64,000 bases of DNA from a virus (IMGVR_UViG_3300032050_000002); one strand, 5' to 3'. Shown: positions 39,266-48,895, counted from the first letter of the stretch. Made by a program: numbers and translations. The notes: generated by a model not told the origin, from the letters alone.

Positions 39266-40675
39266 ATGATTAATAGAAAACTTCTTTTAGATAAACAGGT
39301 GTTAAATAAATTAAAAACTCTAAATGAATCCGAAGACGATAAGTATTATCGTATGAGTGCTGAGGAGTATCATGATTTACTATTTTTTGCCGGGTATAAC
39401 CCAAGGGTCACAAAACTAAAAAAATTTCAAGGTAAACCACTATGGATTGATGGTGATGTTGATTTACGTAGAACACCAATCAAATCATTAGGTAATGTAG
39501 CGCACATTCAAGGAAATTTAGATATATCAGGAACAAATATTGAAAGTCTGGAAGGTATAACAGTTACAAGACACATTTGGGACTCCAACACTCCTTTAAG
39601 AAGAAAAAAGGATATGCAAGAAATCGCTGACAAAAAAGAACAAATGATGTCCGATAGAGAAAATAAAACAAGAGAAGAAGAAAACCCTGTAATAGATGAT
39701 GAAGATTTAAAAGCGATTGCGTTATTTAAATTTTTGGTTGCTAATGGAGATGTAAATGAACCTGATGATGAAGATAAAGAAACCATAAAAAAGTTAAAAG
39801 CGGAACTTGAAGTTTTACAAAAACAATATGATGAAAGTGAAGATAGTGAAGAATATAATAAACTATATGATAGAATATTTGAAATAGAATCTGAGTTAGA
39901 AGATTTAGAACCTAAATTTGATGTTTATGATATCTTTAAAAAAAGATATTCACATTATGGTATGACCACGTTTGAATTATTAGATTACGATAGTAGAGAT
40001 AAGGAGTATACCGTTGGGACTAGTGAAGAAATGGATGATGCCGCCTATGATTACGCTAAAAGTTATCTTGATGATGTAGGTATTGATGGGTTTAATAACA
40101 GTTTTATAGAGAACTATTTGGATGATAACGCGGTTAGAGAGGTATTTGAAGAACACTATGAAGATTTGGTTAGAGATTCGCCAGATAGTTATTTTGAGCC
40201 CGATGATTATCAGTTAACGGATGAACAAGAATTAAGAATTGAAAAATTACAAGAATATATTGAAGAATTGGAAACTTACATATCCGATAAAGAAGATGAA
40301 CAAAATGATTTAAATGACCAGATAGAAGAACCTGAAGATTATAGAAAAGCGTATGAGGAAATTCAAAAATTAATTGATGAAGCTCAAAGTAAAAAAGACG
40401 ATGCTGAAGAAGAGTTAGACGACATCAAACCAATCCAAGAACCGACAGAAGAAATGATTGAAGATAAGGTACAATCATTAGTTAATGATGATATGGAAAG
40501 TCCGATACGTTCATTAAAAAATCATGGTCTTGAGATTAGAAATTTTATTGATGAGGATAGATTTGCCCAAGGATTAGTTGATAGTGATGGATGGGAGATA
40601 ATGAATGGTTACGATGGGAGATATGATGAAGTTAGGGTTGCGAATGAAGTTTTTTACGTTATGAGAGTTAGTTAA
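39266..40675 (+). CDS. Highly acidic protein with short LRR-like repeat and coiled coils
   Basis: IDGDVDLRRTPIKSLGNV / IQGNLDISGTNIESLEGI; TATTTAT at 39255-39261. Confidence 0.7.
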   Translation: MINRKLLLDKQVLNKLKTLNESEDDKYYRMSAEEYHDLLFFAGYNPRVTKLKKFQGKPLWIDGDVDLRRTPIKSLGNVAHIQGNLDISGTNIESLEGITVTRHIWDSNTPLRRKKDMQEIADKKEQMMSDRENKTREEENPVIDDEDLKAIALFKFLVANGDVNEPDDEDKETIKKLKAELEVLQKQYDESEDSEEYNKLYDRIFEIESELEDLEPKFDVYDIFKKRYSHYGMTTFELLDYDSRDKEYTVGTSEEMDDAAYDYAKSYLDDVGIDGFNNSFIENYLDDNAVREVFEEHYEDLVRDSPDSYFEPDDYQLTDEQELRIEKLQEYIEELETYISDKEDEQNDLNDQIEEPEDYRKAYEEIQKLIDEAQSKKDDAEEELDDIKPIQEPTEEMIEDKVQSLVNDDMESPIRSLKNHGLEIRNFIDEDRFAQGLVDSDGWEIMNGYDGRYDEVRVANEVFYVMRVS

Positions 40676-40709
40676 TTTACTTAACATAATAATCTCATAT
40701 ATTTTTTTT

Positions 40710-41477
40710 ATGAAAAACAAGGATGAATTAAAATTTATTTTGGACACCGATTGGGTCTTTGACGGAACAATTGATTCCGAACATAGAGAATATGTCTTGT
40801 TAAATTACTTTCAAAAATTAAATAAGAAATTAGACGAACTAAAGATATATCCAATGTTCACAGAACTATCATTACACGTTTGTAATATACAAAGTCTAAT
40901 GAATTCAAATAGGATTATCTATACCAATAAGACATTAAAATCTTTTGATGACGAACTAACAATACTTGATTTAAAAACAAAAGACATACCTGAACTATCT
41001 AGTAACGAAAAAGACGAATATAAAAAAATATTAAAGTATAGTCACTCTAAACTTCTTGATTATTTTAATATAACAAAAGCGTTTTGGTCAATGGTTTATG
41101 ATGCAATAGAAATTAAATTAAGAAAAAATAAAAATAGTCTGGATTCTAAAACAGGATATTTTTATTTCCAATCAACAACCAAACTTTATGTTTGGAAATA
41201 TACATTTAAAACCGCAAGTAAAAAATACGGAACTAAAAAGGCAGTACTTAAATTAGTTTTAGAACAAGACAAAGAAGATTTGACAACTAGACAAATTATA
41301 TCTAAATTTTACAAAGAAGATATTGAGAATAAAGAACCTATATTTGAAGTCATATGTAACGATATGTTTCCGATGGAAGAGACTTTAGTACCAATCTTTA
41401 AAAGAAAGGTAGTATCTTATATTAATCAACAAGTTAAAAATTTAGAAAAACCAAGTTTAGTTAAAAATGAGTTTTAA
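40710..41477 (+). CDS. Hypothetical protein
   Basis: 255-aa ORF. Confidence 0.75.
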   Translation: MKNKDELKFILDTDWVFDGTIDSEHREYVLLNYFQKLNKKLDELKIYPMFTELSLHVCNIQSLMNSNRIIYTNKTLKSFDDELTILDLKTKDIPELSSNEKDEYKKILKYSHSKLLDYFNITKAFWSMVYDAIEIKLRKNKNSLDSKTGYFYFQSTTKLYVWKYTFKTASKKYGTKKAVLKLVLEQDKEDLTTRQIISKFYKEDIENKEPIFEVICNDMFPMEETLVPIFKRKVVSYINQQVKNLEKPSLVKNEF

Positions 41478-41664
41478 TAAAAGATTCGTAGACAAAGAAA
41501 GGATTCTTGAAATATTAAATGAAAAAGAACCACTTTCAAAATTATTTTCGGCAGATGCTTATATTTTCTTAGACGATATATCATCAAAAGTATTTGACCT
41601 TTATGTTAATGGAACATCAGATAAAGATATTGAAAAAATAATTAAAAATGGACAGAACGGATAA
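41467..41664 (+). CDS. Small hypothetical protein
   Basis: Overlapping ORF in operon. Confidence 0.65.
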   Translation: MSFNKRFVDKERILEILNEKEPLSKLFSADAYIFLDDISSKVFDLYVNGTSDKDIEKIIKNGQNG

Positions 41665-41836
41665 AATTAATATTCTTTTGGCTAAATTAAGAAAACCATT
41701 ACCATTAGAATACATCATTCATAATATACTTCATTGTGATAAAAGTGAGGTAATTAGTTTATTAAATGAACTAATTGAAATTGGAACTATAGAAAAAGTT
41801 AAAGACGATTACCAAATAAAAAAATATGGAAAATAA
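41648..41836 (+). CDS. Small winged-helix-like protein
   Basis: LAKLRKPL...EVISLLNELIEIGTIEK pattern. Confidence 0.5.
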   Translation: MDRTDKINILLAKLRKPLPLEYIIHNILHCDKSEVISLLNELIEIGTIEKVKDDYQIKKYGK

Positions 41837-42050
41837 AGAACAAGTAAATCACCCTGGTCATTACGGAGGAGAATCAAATCCATATGAAGCCATCAAGGTG
41901 ATAGATAATTGGGGTCTTGGATTCAGTTTGGGCAATACAGTAAAATACATTTCAAGGGCGGGAAAGAAAAACAAAGAGAAAGAACTTGAAGACCTTAAAA
42001 AGGCTTTATGGTATTTACAACATCACATAGAAACATTAGAGAATAAATGA
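41826..42050 (+). CDS. DUF3310 (SaV-like) protein
   Basis: VNHPGHY, GNTVKYISRAGKK, EDLKKALWYL. Confidence 0.88.
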   Translation: MENKEQVNHPGHYGGESNPYEAIKVIDNWGLGFSLGNTVKYISRAGKKNKEKELEDLKKALWYLQHHIETLENK

Positions 42051-42835
42051 ACGCACCAATAAGGTATTTTGGTAGTAAAGGAGGTTTCTACAACAAAATA
42101 ATTGAACACTTCCCAACCAAATCATATAAAACATACATTGAACCATTTGCCGGAACATTCATTGTCGGTCTTAAAAAACCAATAGCAAATGTAGAAATAT
42201 ATAATGACTTAGAAAAGAATGTATATTCGCTATACAAAGTAATATCAACACCGGAACTATTCAAAGAGTTTAAAGAAAAATGTGATTTGGTGTTTTACTC
42301 AGACGATATACGAAAAGAATACAAGGAAGAACTTAAAAAAGAATTATCAATAGTTGATAGAGCGTTTTACTTCTTCTATGTCAATAGAACATCCCATAAC
42401 GGAATAGGAGGATTCTCAATGAATACTCATGTAAGAAGAACTATGAGTAAAGCGGTATCTGACTTCTTATCATCAATAGATAGATTACCAGAATTACACG
42501 ACAGATTATCAAAAGTTATTATATCAAATACAGATGGTGTTGATTTAATCAACAAATATAATAATCCTGATACATTAATATATTGTGACCCACCTTATCA
42601 TCAATCAACCAGAACTGAGGCAAGGTACAAGGAAGATATGAATGATAAAAAACAAGAAGAATTTATTGACTCAGTCATCAATTCAAAATCTATGATATTA
42701 ATAAGTGGATATGAATGTGAACTATATAATAAATTAACAGATAATGGATTTACAAAACACCAATTTGAAGTTAAAACTATGGACGGTAACTTTAATAAGA
42801 AAACAAAGGTTGAAACTCTCTGGAAAAATTACTAA
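42047..42835 (+). CDS. dam: Second Dam-like (D12 class) DNA adenine methyltransferase
   Basis: RYFGSKG, YIEPFAG, YNDL, YCDPPY, ISGY. Confidence 0.9.
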   Translation: MNAPIRYFGSKGGFYNKIIEHFPTKSYKTYIEPFAGTFIVGLKKPIANVEIYNDLEKNVYSLYKVISTPELFKEFKEKCDLVFYSDDIRKEYKEELKKELSIVDRAFYFFYVNRTSHNGIGGFSMNTHVRRTMSKAVSDFLSSIDRLPELHDRLSKVIISNTDGVDLINKYNNPDTLIYCDPPYHQSTRTEARYKEDMNDKKQEEFIDSVINSKSMILISGYECELYNKLTDNGFTKHQFEVKTMDGNFNKKTKVETLWKNY

Positions 42836-42844
42836 ATTTAAAAT

Positions 42845-43693
42845 ATGAAAGAAATAGGAAAAATAATAAATGGGGATTGTACTGAAGTAATGAAAACATT
42901 ACCCGAATCCAGTATAGATTTAATTTGTACATCACCCCCTTACGGAGTTAATATCAATTATGATGTTCATAATGATGATATGACAATTGAAGAATACTTA
43001 GAATTTAGTGAAAAGTGGTTAACTGAGGCATACCGGGTTATGAAGGATGATGGTAGGATAGCCCTTAACATTCCATACGAGATAAACAGACAAGAAAAAG
43101 GTGGTAGGATATTTTTTGTGTCTGAAGTATATCAGGTTATGAAAAAGATTGGTTTTAAATTCTTTGGTATTGTTGACCTTGAAGAAGATAGTCCGCACAG
43201 AAGTAAAACAACCGCTTGGGGTTCTTGGATGAGTCCATCAAGTCCTTACATCTATAACCCAAAAGAATGTGTGATACTTGCTTACAAGAAACAACATATT
43301 AAAAAGGTTAAAGGTGAACCACAATGGAAAGGTGAAGTAATGGATGTTGAACAAGAAGACGGAACAACAAAAAAGAAAACAGTTTACCAAGAACAAGACA
43401 AGAAAGAATTTATGGAACTGGTGTTCGGACAATGGAAATACTTAAACGATTCAAGACCACTAACTAAGGCGACATTCTCAATGGACATTCCAACTAAAGC
43501 AATTAAAATATTAAGTTATAAAAATGATATTGTATTAGACCCATTTGCAGGTTCAGCAACAACTTGTGTGGCGGCTGAGATATTAGACCGAAGATGGATA
43601 GGTATTGAATTAAGTCCAAACTATGCACAAATTGCGATAGATAGGGTTAGAGCATTTGTTGAAGATAAACGACAATTAAAAATTGAAGTATAA
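42845..43693 (+). CDS. Beta-class N4-C/N6-A DNA methyltransferase
   Basis: TSPPY precedes VLDPFAGSATT; IGIEL. Confidence 0.9.
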   Translation: MKEIGKIINGDCTEVMKTLPESSIDLICTSPPYGVNINYDVHNDDMTIEEYLEFSEKWLTEAYRVMKDDGRIALNIPYEINRQEKGGRIFFVSEVYQVMKKIGFKFFGIVDLEEDSPHRSKTTAWGSWMSPSSPYIYNPKECVILAYKKQHIKKVKGEPQWKGEVMDVEQEDGTTKKKTVYQEQDKKEFMELVFGQWKYLNDSRPLTKATFSMDIPTKAIKILSYKNDIVLDPFAGSATTCVAAEILDRRWIGIELSPNYAQIAIDRVRAFVEDKRQLKIEV

Positions 43694-43717
43694 AAGGAGG
43701 TTTAACCTCCTTTTTTT
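43692..43717 (+). terminator. Intrinsic terminator
   Basis: aaaaggaggt-tta-acctcc followed by T7. Confidence 0.8.
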
Positions 43718-43739
43718 ATTTATATGATATTTATGTTTA

Positions 43740-44780
43740 ATGAGTGGAAAAATATTAATAACTGAAAATGAGAGAGAAGAAATTCTTAAATTATATTACA
43801 ACGCGATTAATAAAGAAATATCTGAACAATTAAAAATTAATACTAATATAACACAACAAAAACCTGACAACGAAAAAATTAAATGTTATTCTGAAATAGA
43901 ACCTTTATTTAACAAAGCAATCAATTATTGGAAAGAATGGTTAAATCATCCAACAACGATGGAAAAATTCAAAAATAATTTTGGTTATGACGAATCAAAG
44001 GTAAAAACTATATTCGATAGTTATATAGACACTTTAAATAAATTAGAATTAGTTGTATATAATGACAATGATATTAAAAGAAAAATATTGAAGTTCAAAA
44101 CAAAATCAGGTAGAAATGAGTCTCTTACAATTGATGGGGAAGAAAAAGATGATTACGCATTTGTTATAAATGAAACTAGATACATTTTTTTTGTTTTTGT
44201 AAATTGCTCTTCAGGAGACGAGGATGTTTACGGAACATTAATACATGAAATACAACATTCTTTATATAATAGAGTACACCCTCTAAACTCTGACCAAAAA
44301 ATAAAAGAATTATTTGTTGGTTCAAATACTAAAAAAGATACTCCGGCAACTTTATTTAAACAAAATAGTAAAGTTAATTCTAAAATTATTAGTGGTGAGA
44401 TGAATTTTTCTAAAATTGAGACCGAAAAAATTATGGGAGAATGGACAAGAATCTTAAATAAAACTTTAAGTGCTGGGGTTAGTAGAGAATATATTTGTTC
44501 TGAAACTGAAAAAATGTCAAACATACAAAGTATTAGAAATATACTTAACCTAAAACCTGGTGAAAATATTACAATTGAAATGTTACGACCTCATATATTA
44601 TTTGAGGCCGAACCCAAAGAAGACATCTTTTTCTTTTTTATGTGTTGGGCGGCAAATAATTTCCCTTCATTAAATAATATGATAAACAATTTGAATCAAT
44701 TAGCAAATAAAAATATACAAAAAAATAAACAAACACCGACTAATTTTGAATACAATCAAAATCAAATAAAAAACGTTTAA
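43740..44780 (+). CDS. Putative zincin metallopeptidase with ILITE tag
   Basis: TLIHEIQH (HExxH) and a downstream ETEK; TATTTAT at 43728-43734. Confidence 0.55.
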   Translation: MSGKILITENEREEILKLYYNAINKEISEQLKINTNITQQKPDNEKIKCYSEIEPLFNKAINYWKEWLNHPTTMEKFKNNFGYDESKVKTIFDSYIDTLNKLELVVYNDNDIKRKILKFKTKSGRNESLTIDGEEKDDYAFVINETRYIFFVFVNCSSGDEDVYGTLIHEIQHSLYNRVHPLNSDQKIKELFVGSNTKKDTPATLFKQNSKVNSKIISGEMNFSKIETEKIMGEWTRILNKTLSAGVSREYICSETEKMSNIQSIRNILNLKPGENITIEMLRPHILFEAEPKEDIFFFFMCWAANNFPSLNNMINNLNQLANKNIQKNKQTPTNFEYNQNQIKNV

Positions 44781-44784
44781 AAAT

Positions 44785-45867
44785 ATGAAAAAAATAACAC
44801 TTAAAGAATCTGATTTAAAAGAAAAATTTTGTGAGATTTACAAAGAAGAACAAATTAAAATATTAGAAGAAAAATGGAGTAAAACATCTGAATCCGATAA
44901 ATTATTTGTGATAGAATTTATAAAACAATTGTATCCTGAAAAATCTAAAATGATTTCAGAATCAAAATGGTACAATACCGTAGGAGATATCTTAGGGTTT
45001 TTCGACCCAACAGGGGTTGTTGACATATTAAACGGAATTAGTTATTGGAGACAAGGAGATAAGTTATTTGCAATATTATCTTGGATATCGGCGGTACCTA
45101 TAATTGGTGATGTAATTGGTAAATCTGTTATGGGTTTATTTAAAATGGGTAGGTCAGGAGCGAAGTTATTTAAAAAAGCCGCTTTAGCGGGAGACTTTGT
45201 AAAAATGGGGGAAATTGCCGCTAAAGGAGGACCACTTAAAGGTTTATTAAGTAAAGTAACACAATGGGCACCTAAAATATTAGAACCGTTAAAAAAATTA
45301 ATTGGTAAAGTTCCATTTGTTGGAACAGGATTTGTTAAAATGGTGGATGATTATATTAAATTATTTAAAGACGCTTCAAGGTCTATGGACCAAGGGGCTC
45401 AAGTCGCAACTTATTTAACCAAAAAAATGGCGACTAAAACGTTAACAGATATTGAAAAGAAAACATTAAAAAAGGCTATAGAACAAGCGACAACATTTAG
45501 AGGTTTTAGAGATTTTACAGGTAAAGGTGGTTTTGCTGCGGGTATGGGTAGATTGTGGGGTAATAGAGGAACAAGAGGTCTTATGAGAAGAACTAGATGG
45601 TATTTAGGTTTATTAGATTATATTGGTTTAGGTAATTTTGTTGGACCTGAAGAACTTGAACAAAAGGTGCCTGATATAGAATCAAAAATTAACGAATATA
45701 ATAAAACCGCTGAAGCGGAAAATAATATTAAACAAGATTTAGGTTCTGAATATGTAACACAACAAGAACCATCGGTACCACCACCCACAGAACCTAGTAA
45801 GGGTAAGGAAGTTGCCAAAGATTTATTTTCAATGGTATTCCCAGAATTAGGATTAATAATGAAATAA
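44785..45867 (+). CDS. Tagged protein with pre-toxin-TG-like glycine-rich hydrophobic region
   Basis: MKKITLKESDL; DILGFFDPTGVVDILNGISYWRQGD...AVPIIGD. Confidence 0.5.
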   Translation: MKKITLKESDLKEKFCEIYKEEQIKILEEKWSKTSESDKLFVIEFIKQLYPEKSKMISESKWYNTVGDILGFFDPTGVVDILNGISYWRQGDKLFAILSWISAVPIIGDVIGKSVMGLFKMGRSGAKLFKKAALAGDFVKMGEIAAKGGPLKGLLSKVTQWAPKILEPLKKLIGKVPFVGTGFVKMVDDYIKLFKDASRSMDQGAQVATYLTKKMATKTLTDIEKKTLKKAIEQATTFRGFRDFTGKGGFAAGMGRLWGNRGTRGLMRRTRWYLGLLDYIGLGNFVGPEELEQKVPDIESKINEYNKTAEAENNIKQDLGSEYVTQQEPSVPPPTEPSKGKEVAKDLFSMVFPELGLIMK

Positions 45868-45883
45868 TGATTATGAAAAAAAT

Positions 45884-46639
45884 ATGATTTTATCAATTTG
45901 GAAACCTAAATATAAAAAAGTTAAAAGATTAAACACTATTGAATATTATGAGATGGTTGGCTTTGATTTTTTAAATGAGAAGAAAAATAAAGATTTAATC
46001 GTTATATATAAATGTGATAGATGTTGTTCCGATGAAACTCATACTACTCGCTCTCACGTTTTTTTTAATGAAAATTATAAACTTAATGACATTAAAAATC
46101 AAACTTGTAGAAGTTGTAGGTCGTCAATATCTGAATATGAGATTAAAAAAAGTTTTATACCTTTTAGTGTCGTTAGCGATTCAATAAAGAATAGTAATTA
46201 CGAGCTAATCACCACTGAAAAAACATACAATGTTTCTAAAAATAAATCTCAATTAAAACTTAACATTATTTGCACTAATGGACATAACATTACGGCGACG
46301 TGGAATAACTGGTCTAAAGGTAAAAGATGTCGTATATGTTACGATAAAGACAGACTTGATAATGCTGTTAAAAATAAAAATGGATGGAGAAGATATAAAT
46401 TTTTAGTTTGGAATTACACTGAAAAATCCTATAAAGAATATTATAATGAAATAAACCCATTAAAACATAAAAGAGGGAAATTTTTCCATTTAGACCATAT
46501 ATATTCAATATATGATGGGTTTTTAAATAATATATCACCTAAAATCATAGGAGGGTTTAAAAATCTTAGAATTATATTAAGTGAGGAAAATTTAACAAAA
46601 GGTAAAAAAAGTCATATAAAATTAAATCAAATTATATAA
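45884..46639 (+). mobile_element. Free-standing HNH homing endonuclease with Zn-finger modules
   Basis: CDRC, CRSC, CTNGH..W..KGKRCRIC; FHLDHIYSI...NL...N..K. Confidence 0.75.
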
Positions 46640-46640
46640 T

Positions 46641-48050
46641 ATGAAAAAATTAATTAAAGAATCGGGAATAAGAGATATTAATAAATTAAGAAAAGAATTC
46701 AAAGACGTTGTAATTGTGACACATATGGACCTTGACGGTGTCGTCTCGGCCGTAGGAATGAAATATTATTTTGAAAATAACGGATTTAAAGTTATTGACG
46801 TTCAAATAATCCAATATGGTGATAAAGAATGGTCATTGAAAAAATCGAACCCCGACAAAAAAATACTTTATTGCTTATGCGATTTTGCTCATGGAAAACC
46901 TATGTTTACAATACACTTGGACCATCACGATAGGCAGGCCGGTGCGGGAGAAACAAAATCAACATCATTTAGACAAGCGAGGTCAAATATCGAAACAATT
47001 TCACAAATAGTTTCACCAAAAGATTTATTTCCAAATCAAGATATACTATTAATCTCAACGGTTGACTCGGCAAATTATGCGGTTCAAAACATATCTGTTG
47101 ACCAAGTGATTAATTATCTATTTAGATTAGATAAAGATTCTTCCGCAAGTAGAAATAAAATGATGATGGGTTTAGTTGCGAATAAATTATTATTAGCGTT
47201 TAAAAATAAACCCGGATTCTTAGAAGAGGTTATTATGACATCAACACCCTCTTTACTTAATATTCTTTTAAATATTAAAAGAATAATGGTAGAAAAAGGA
47301 TATGCTAGTACCGAAACATTACAGAAAAACAAAGAATCTTATATCGAACAAATGAAATCACATCCAAATGTTAAAGTTATGGATAATATCATTGTTCAGT
47401 ATGGTGGTGGTAAAATGACATCACCGGGCTCATACGACAGATATACACCATTTAAGAATAATCCTGAAGCTGACTTTTTAGTAATCGCGTGGCCGTTAGG
47501 ATTAGTTCAAGCGTCTTGTAATCCATTTAAAAAAGAAAGAGAATTAAAAGGGGTTAATTTAGGTGAGATTGCTCAAGAAGTATTATCTAAATGGGAAGGA
47601 CAGTTAAAACAAAAAGAAGTTCCATTATCAACAATTAAATGGATTTCAGAAAGCTCAAAAGATTTCACAAGCGAATCAGTTGGTTTCACATTTAAAGATT
47701 TTGTTGCTTTATATGGTAATAAATATAAAACAATGGAAGGTGGAAAACAAACATTAAGAGATATTGGTGAAATTATGGAAACGCCATTTACAGAATTATC
47801 AGAAGATGAAAAAGAATTTTTAGACGGGATTACAATTAATGCTTGGGATTTAATTCAGGCCGGCAGTGGGGGTCATCGATGTATTACAAACGTCTCGAAT
47901 TTAAATTACTTAGGAAGAAGTAAAAGACCACCTGAAGGTAAATACAAATACGACCCAAACAAAGAGGACGCTCCTTATGTTAAGTTTACAAAAATGATAC
48001 AGGCGGAATTCGTAAGAGTATTACAAGAGAAGATTAGTAGTTCAAAATGA
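46641..48050 (+). CDS. DHH-family phosphoesterase with LIKE tag
   Basis: HMDLDG, CDFAH, LDHHD, VDSA; C-terminal GGH. Confidence 0.75.
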   Translation: MKKLIKESGIRDINKLRKEFKDVVIVTHMDLDGVVSAVGMKYYFENNGFKVIDVQIIQYGDKEWSLKKSNPDKKILYCLCDFAHGKPMFTIHLDHHDRQAGAGETKSTSFRQARSNIETISQIVSPKDLFPNQDILLISTVDSANYAVQNISVDQVINYLFRLDKDSSASRNKMMMGLVANKLLLAFKNKPGFLEEVIMTSTPSLLNILLNIKRIMVEKGYASTETLQKNKESYIEQMKSHPNVKVMDNIIVQYGGGKMTSPGSYDRYTPFKNNPEADFLVIAWPLGLVQASCNPFKKERELKGVNLGEIAQEVLSKWEGQLKQKEVPLSTIKWISESSKDFTSESVGFTFKDFVALYGNKYKTMEGGKQTLRDIGEIMETPFTELSEDEKEFLDGITINAWDLIQAGSGGHRCITNVSNLNYLGRSKRPPEGKYKYDPNKEDAPYVKFTKMIQAEFVRVLQEKISSSK

Positions 48051-48394
48051 AATTCATAATAACAGAAAATAAAATACAAAAAGTTGCATTTAAATTTATG
48101 AACTCTTTATTTAGTCCAGACCAGTTGGAAATTGTTACGTCAGAAAAATATCCAGATTCAATTTTCTTTATGAAAAATGGTGTGGTTGTTATGGAACAGG
48201 ATAAAAGAAATCAAGATTTTTATTTTGATTATTATGAAATTTGGTCATTTTTTGAATTGCTTTTCGGTATGGGATTCAAACAAATACAGGATGTTATGAG
48301 ATACTGGTTGGAGGAGACTCTCAAATTAGAGGGTTATACACCATTCCAAACTGTTTCGACTCTCCAAAGTGGTTGGAGGAGACTCTCAAATTAA
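48047..48394 (+). CDS. MKFIITE-type hypothetical protein with a repeat at the 3' end
   Basis: ORF overlapping the DHH stop codon. Confidence 0.75.
   Translation: MKFIITENKIQKVAFKFMNSLFSPDQLEIVTSEKYPDSIFFMKNGVVVMEQDKRNQDFYFDYYEIWSFFELLFGMGFKQIQDVMRYWLEETLKLEGYTPFQTVSTLQSGWRRLSN
48305..48393 (+). repeat. 24-bp direct repeat TGGTTGGAGGAGACTCTCAAATTA, period 65 bp
   Basis: Exact copies at 48305-48328 and 48370-48393 separated by 41 bp. Confidence 0.9.
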
Positions 48395-48727
48395 AACCTC
48401 ATCACCCTCTCTAATATCTAATTTTCTACAAGTTTTACCCCTTAACTCAAGGATAGTTTCACCTGTGCCGCAATAGTTTTTACATTCTTCAGAAAGACAA
48501 GGTTTGCAATTATGATGTATTTTAGTAATAATATTACCCTCAATAAAAATAATATCCAAAGGTATAATACAATTCTTCATCCAAAAACAATGTTGTCCTT
48601 CATCCATTAGAAACAACATACCATTAAAGGTCTCATCAAAATCTCTACCCATCATACCCCTTTGAGTTTCTTTTGGGGTCTTCGCTATTTTTACTTTGAA
48701 CTTGTTTCCGTTAATACTTAATCTCAT
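48386..48727 (-). CDS. DUF192-family protein
   Basis: QRGMMGR, GMLF, FWMKNCIIPLDIIFI, ILEL. Confidence 0.88.
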   Translation of the reverse strand: MRLSINGNKFKVKIAKTPKETQRGMMGRDFDETFNGMLFLMDEGQHCFWMKNCIIPLDIIFIEGNIITKIHHNCKPCLSEECKNYCGTGETILELRGKTCRKLDIREGDEVLI

Positions 48728-48784
48728 ACCAATAAATATTAAGAAATTAATAAAAGAATTTTTGACTTTTTTAAATTAACCATA

Positions 48785-48870
48785 TATTTATTATTACAAA
48801 CCAAATAACCCCTTTCTAAATTAATTGGTAGTTTAAACCCTGAAATCGTAAAAAAATTTTGGGGTTTTTT
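48785..48870 (+). ncRNA. Candidate short late non-coding transcript
   Basis: TATTTAT at 48785-48791, no ORF, accaa/ttggt stem, then a terminator-like aaaccctgaaat...attttggggttt hairpin. Confidence 0.35.
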
Positions 48871-48895
48871 ATTTTTTACCTATCTTTGTATTCTA

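Noticed and set aside
48305-48393. Bona fide CRISPR array
   Set aside because: Only two repeat copies, inside a CDS, with no leader or cas gene in the window; kept as an unexplained repeat-spacer unit
48727-48895. tmRNA next to smpB
   Set aside because: Gap is too short and lacks the GGGGxUG 5' end and tRNA-like 3' end
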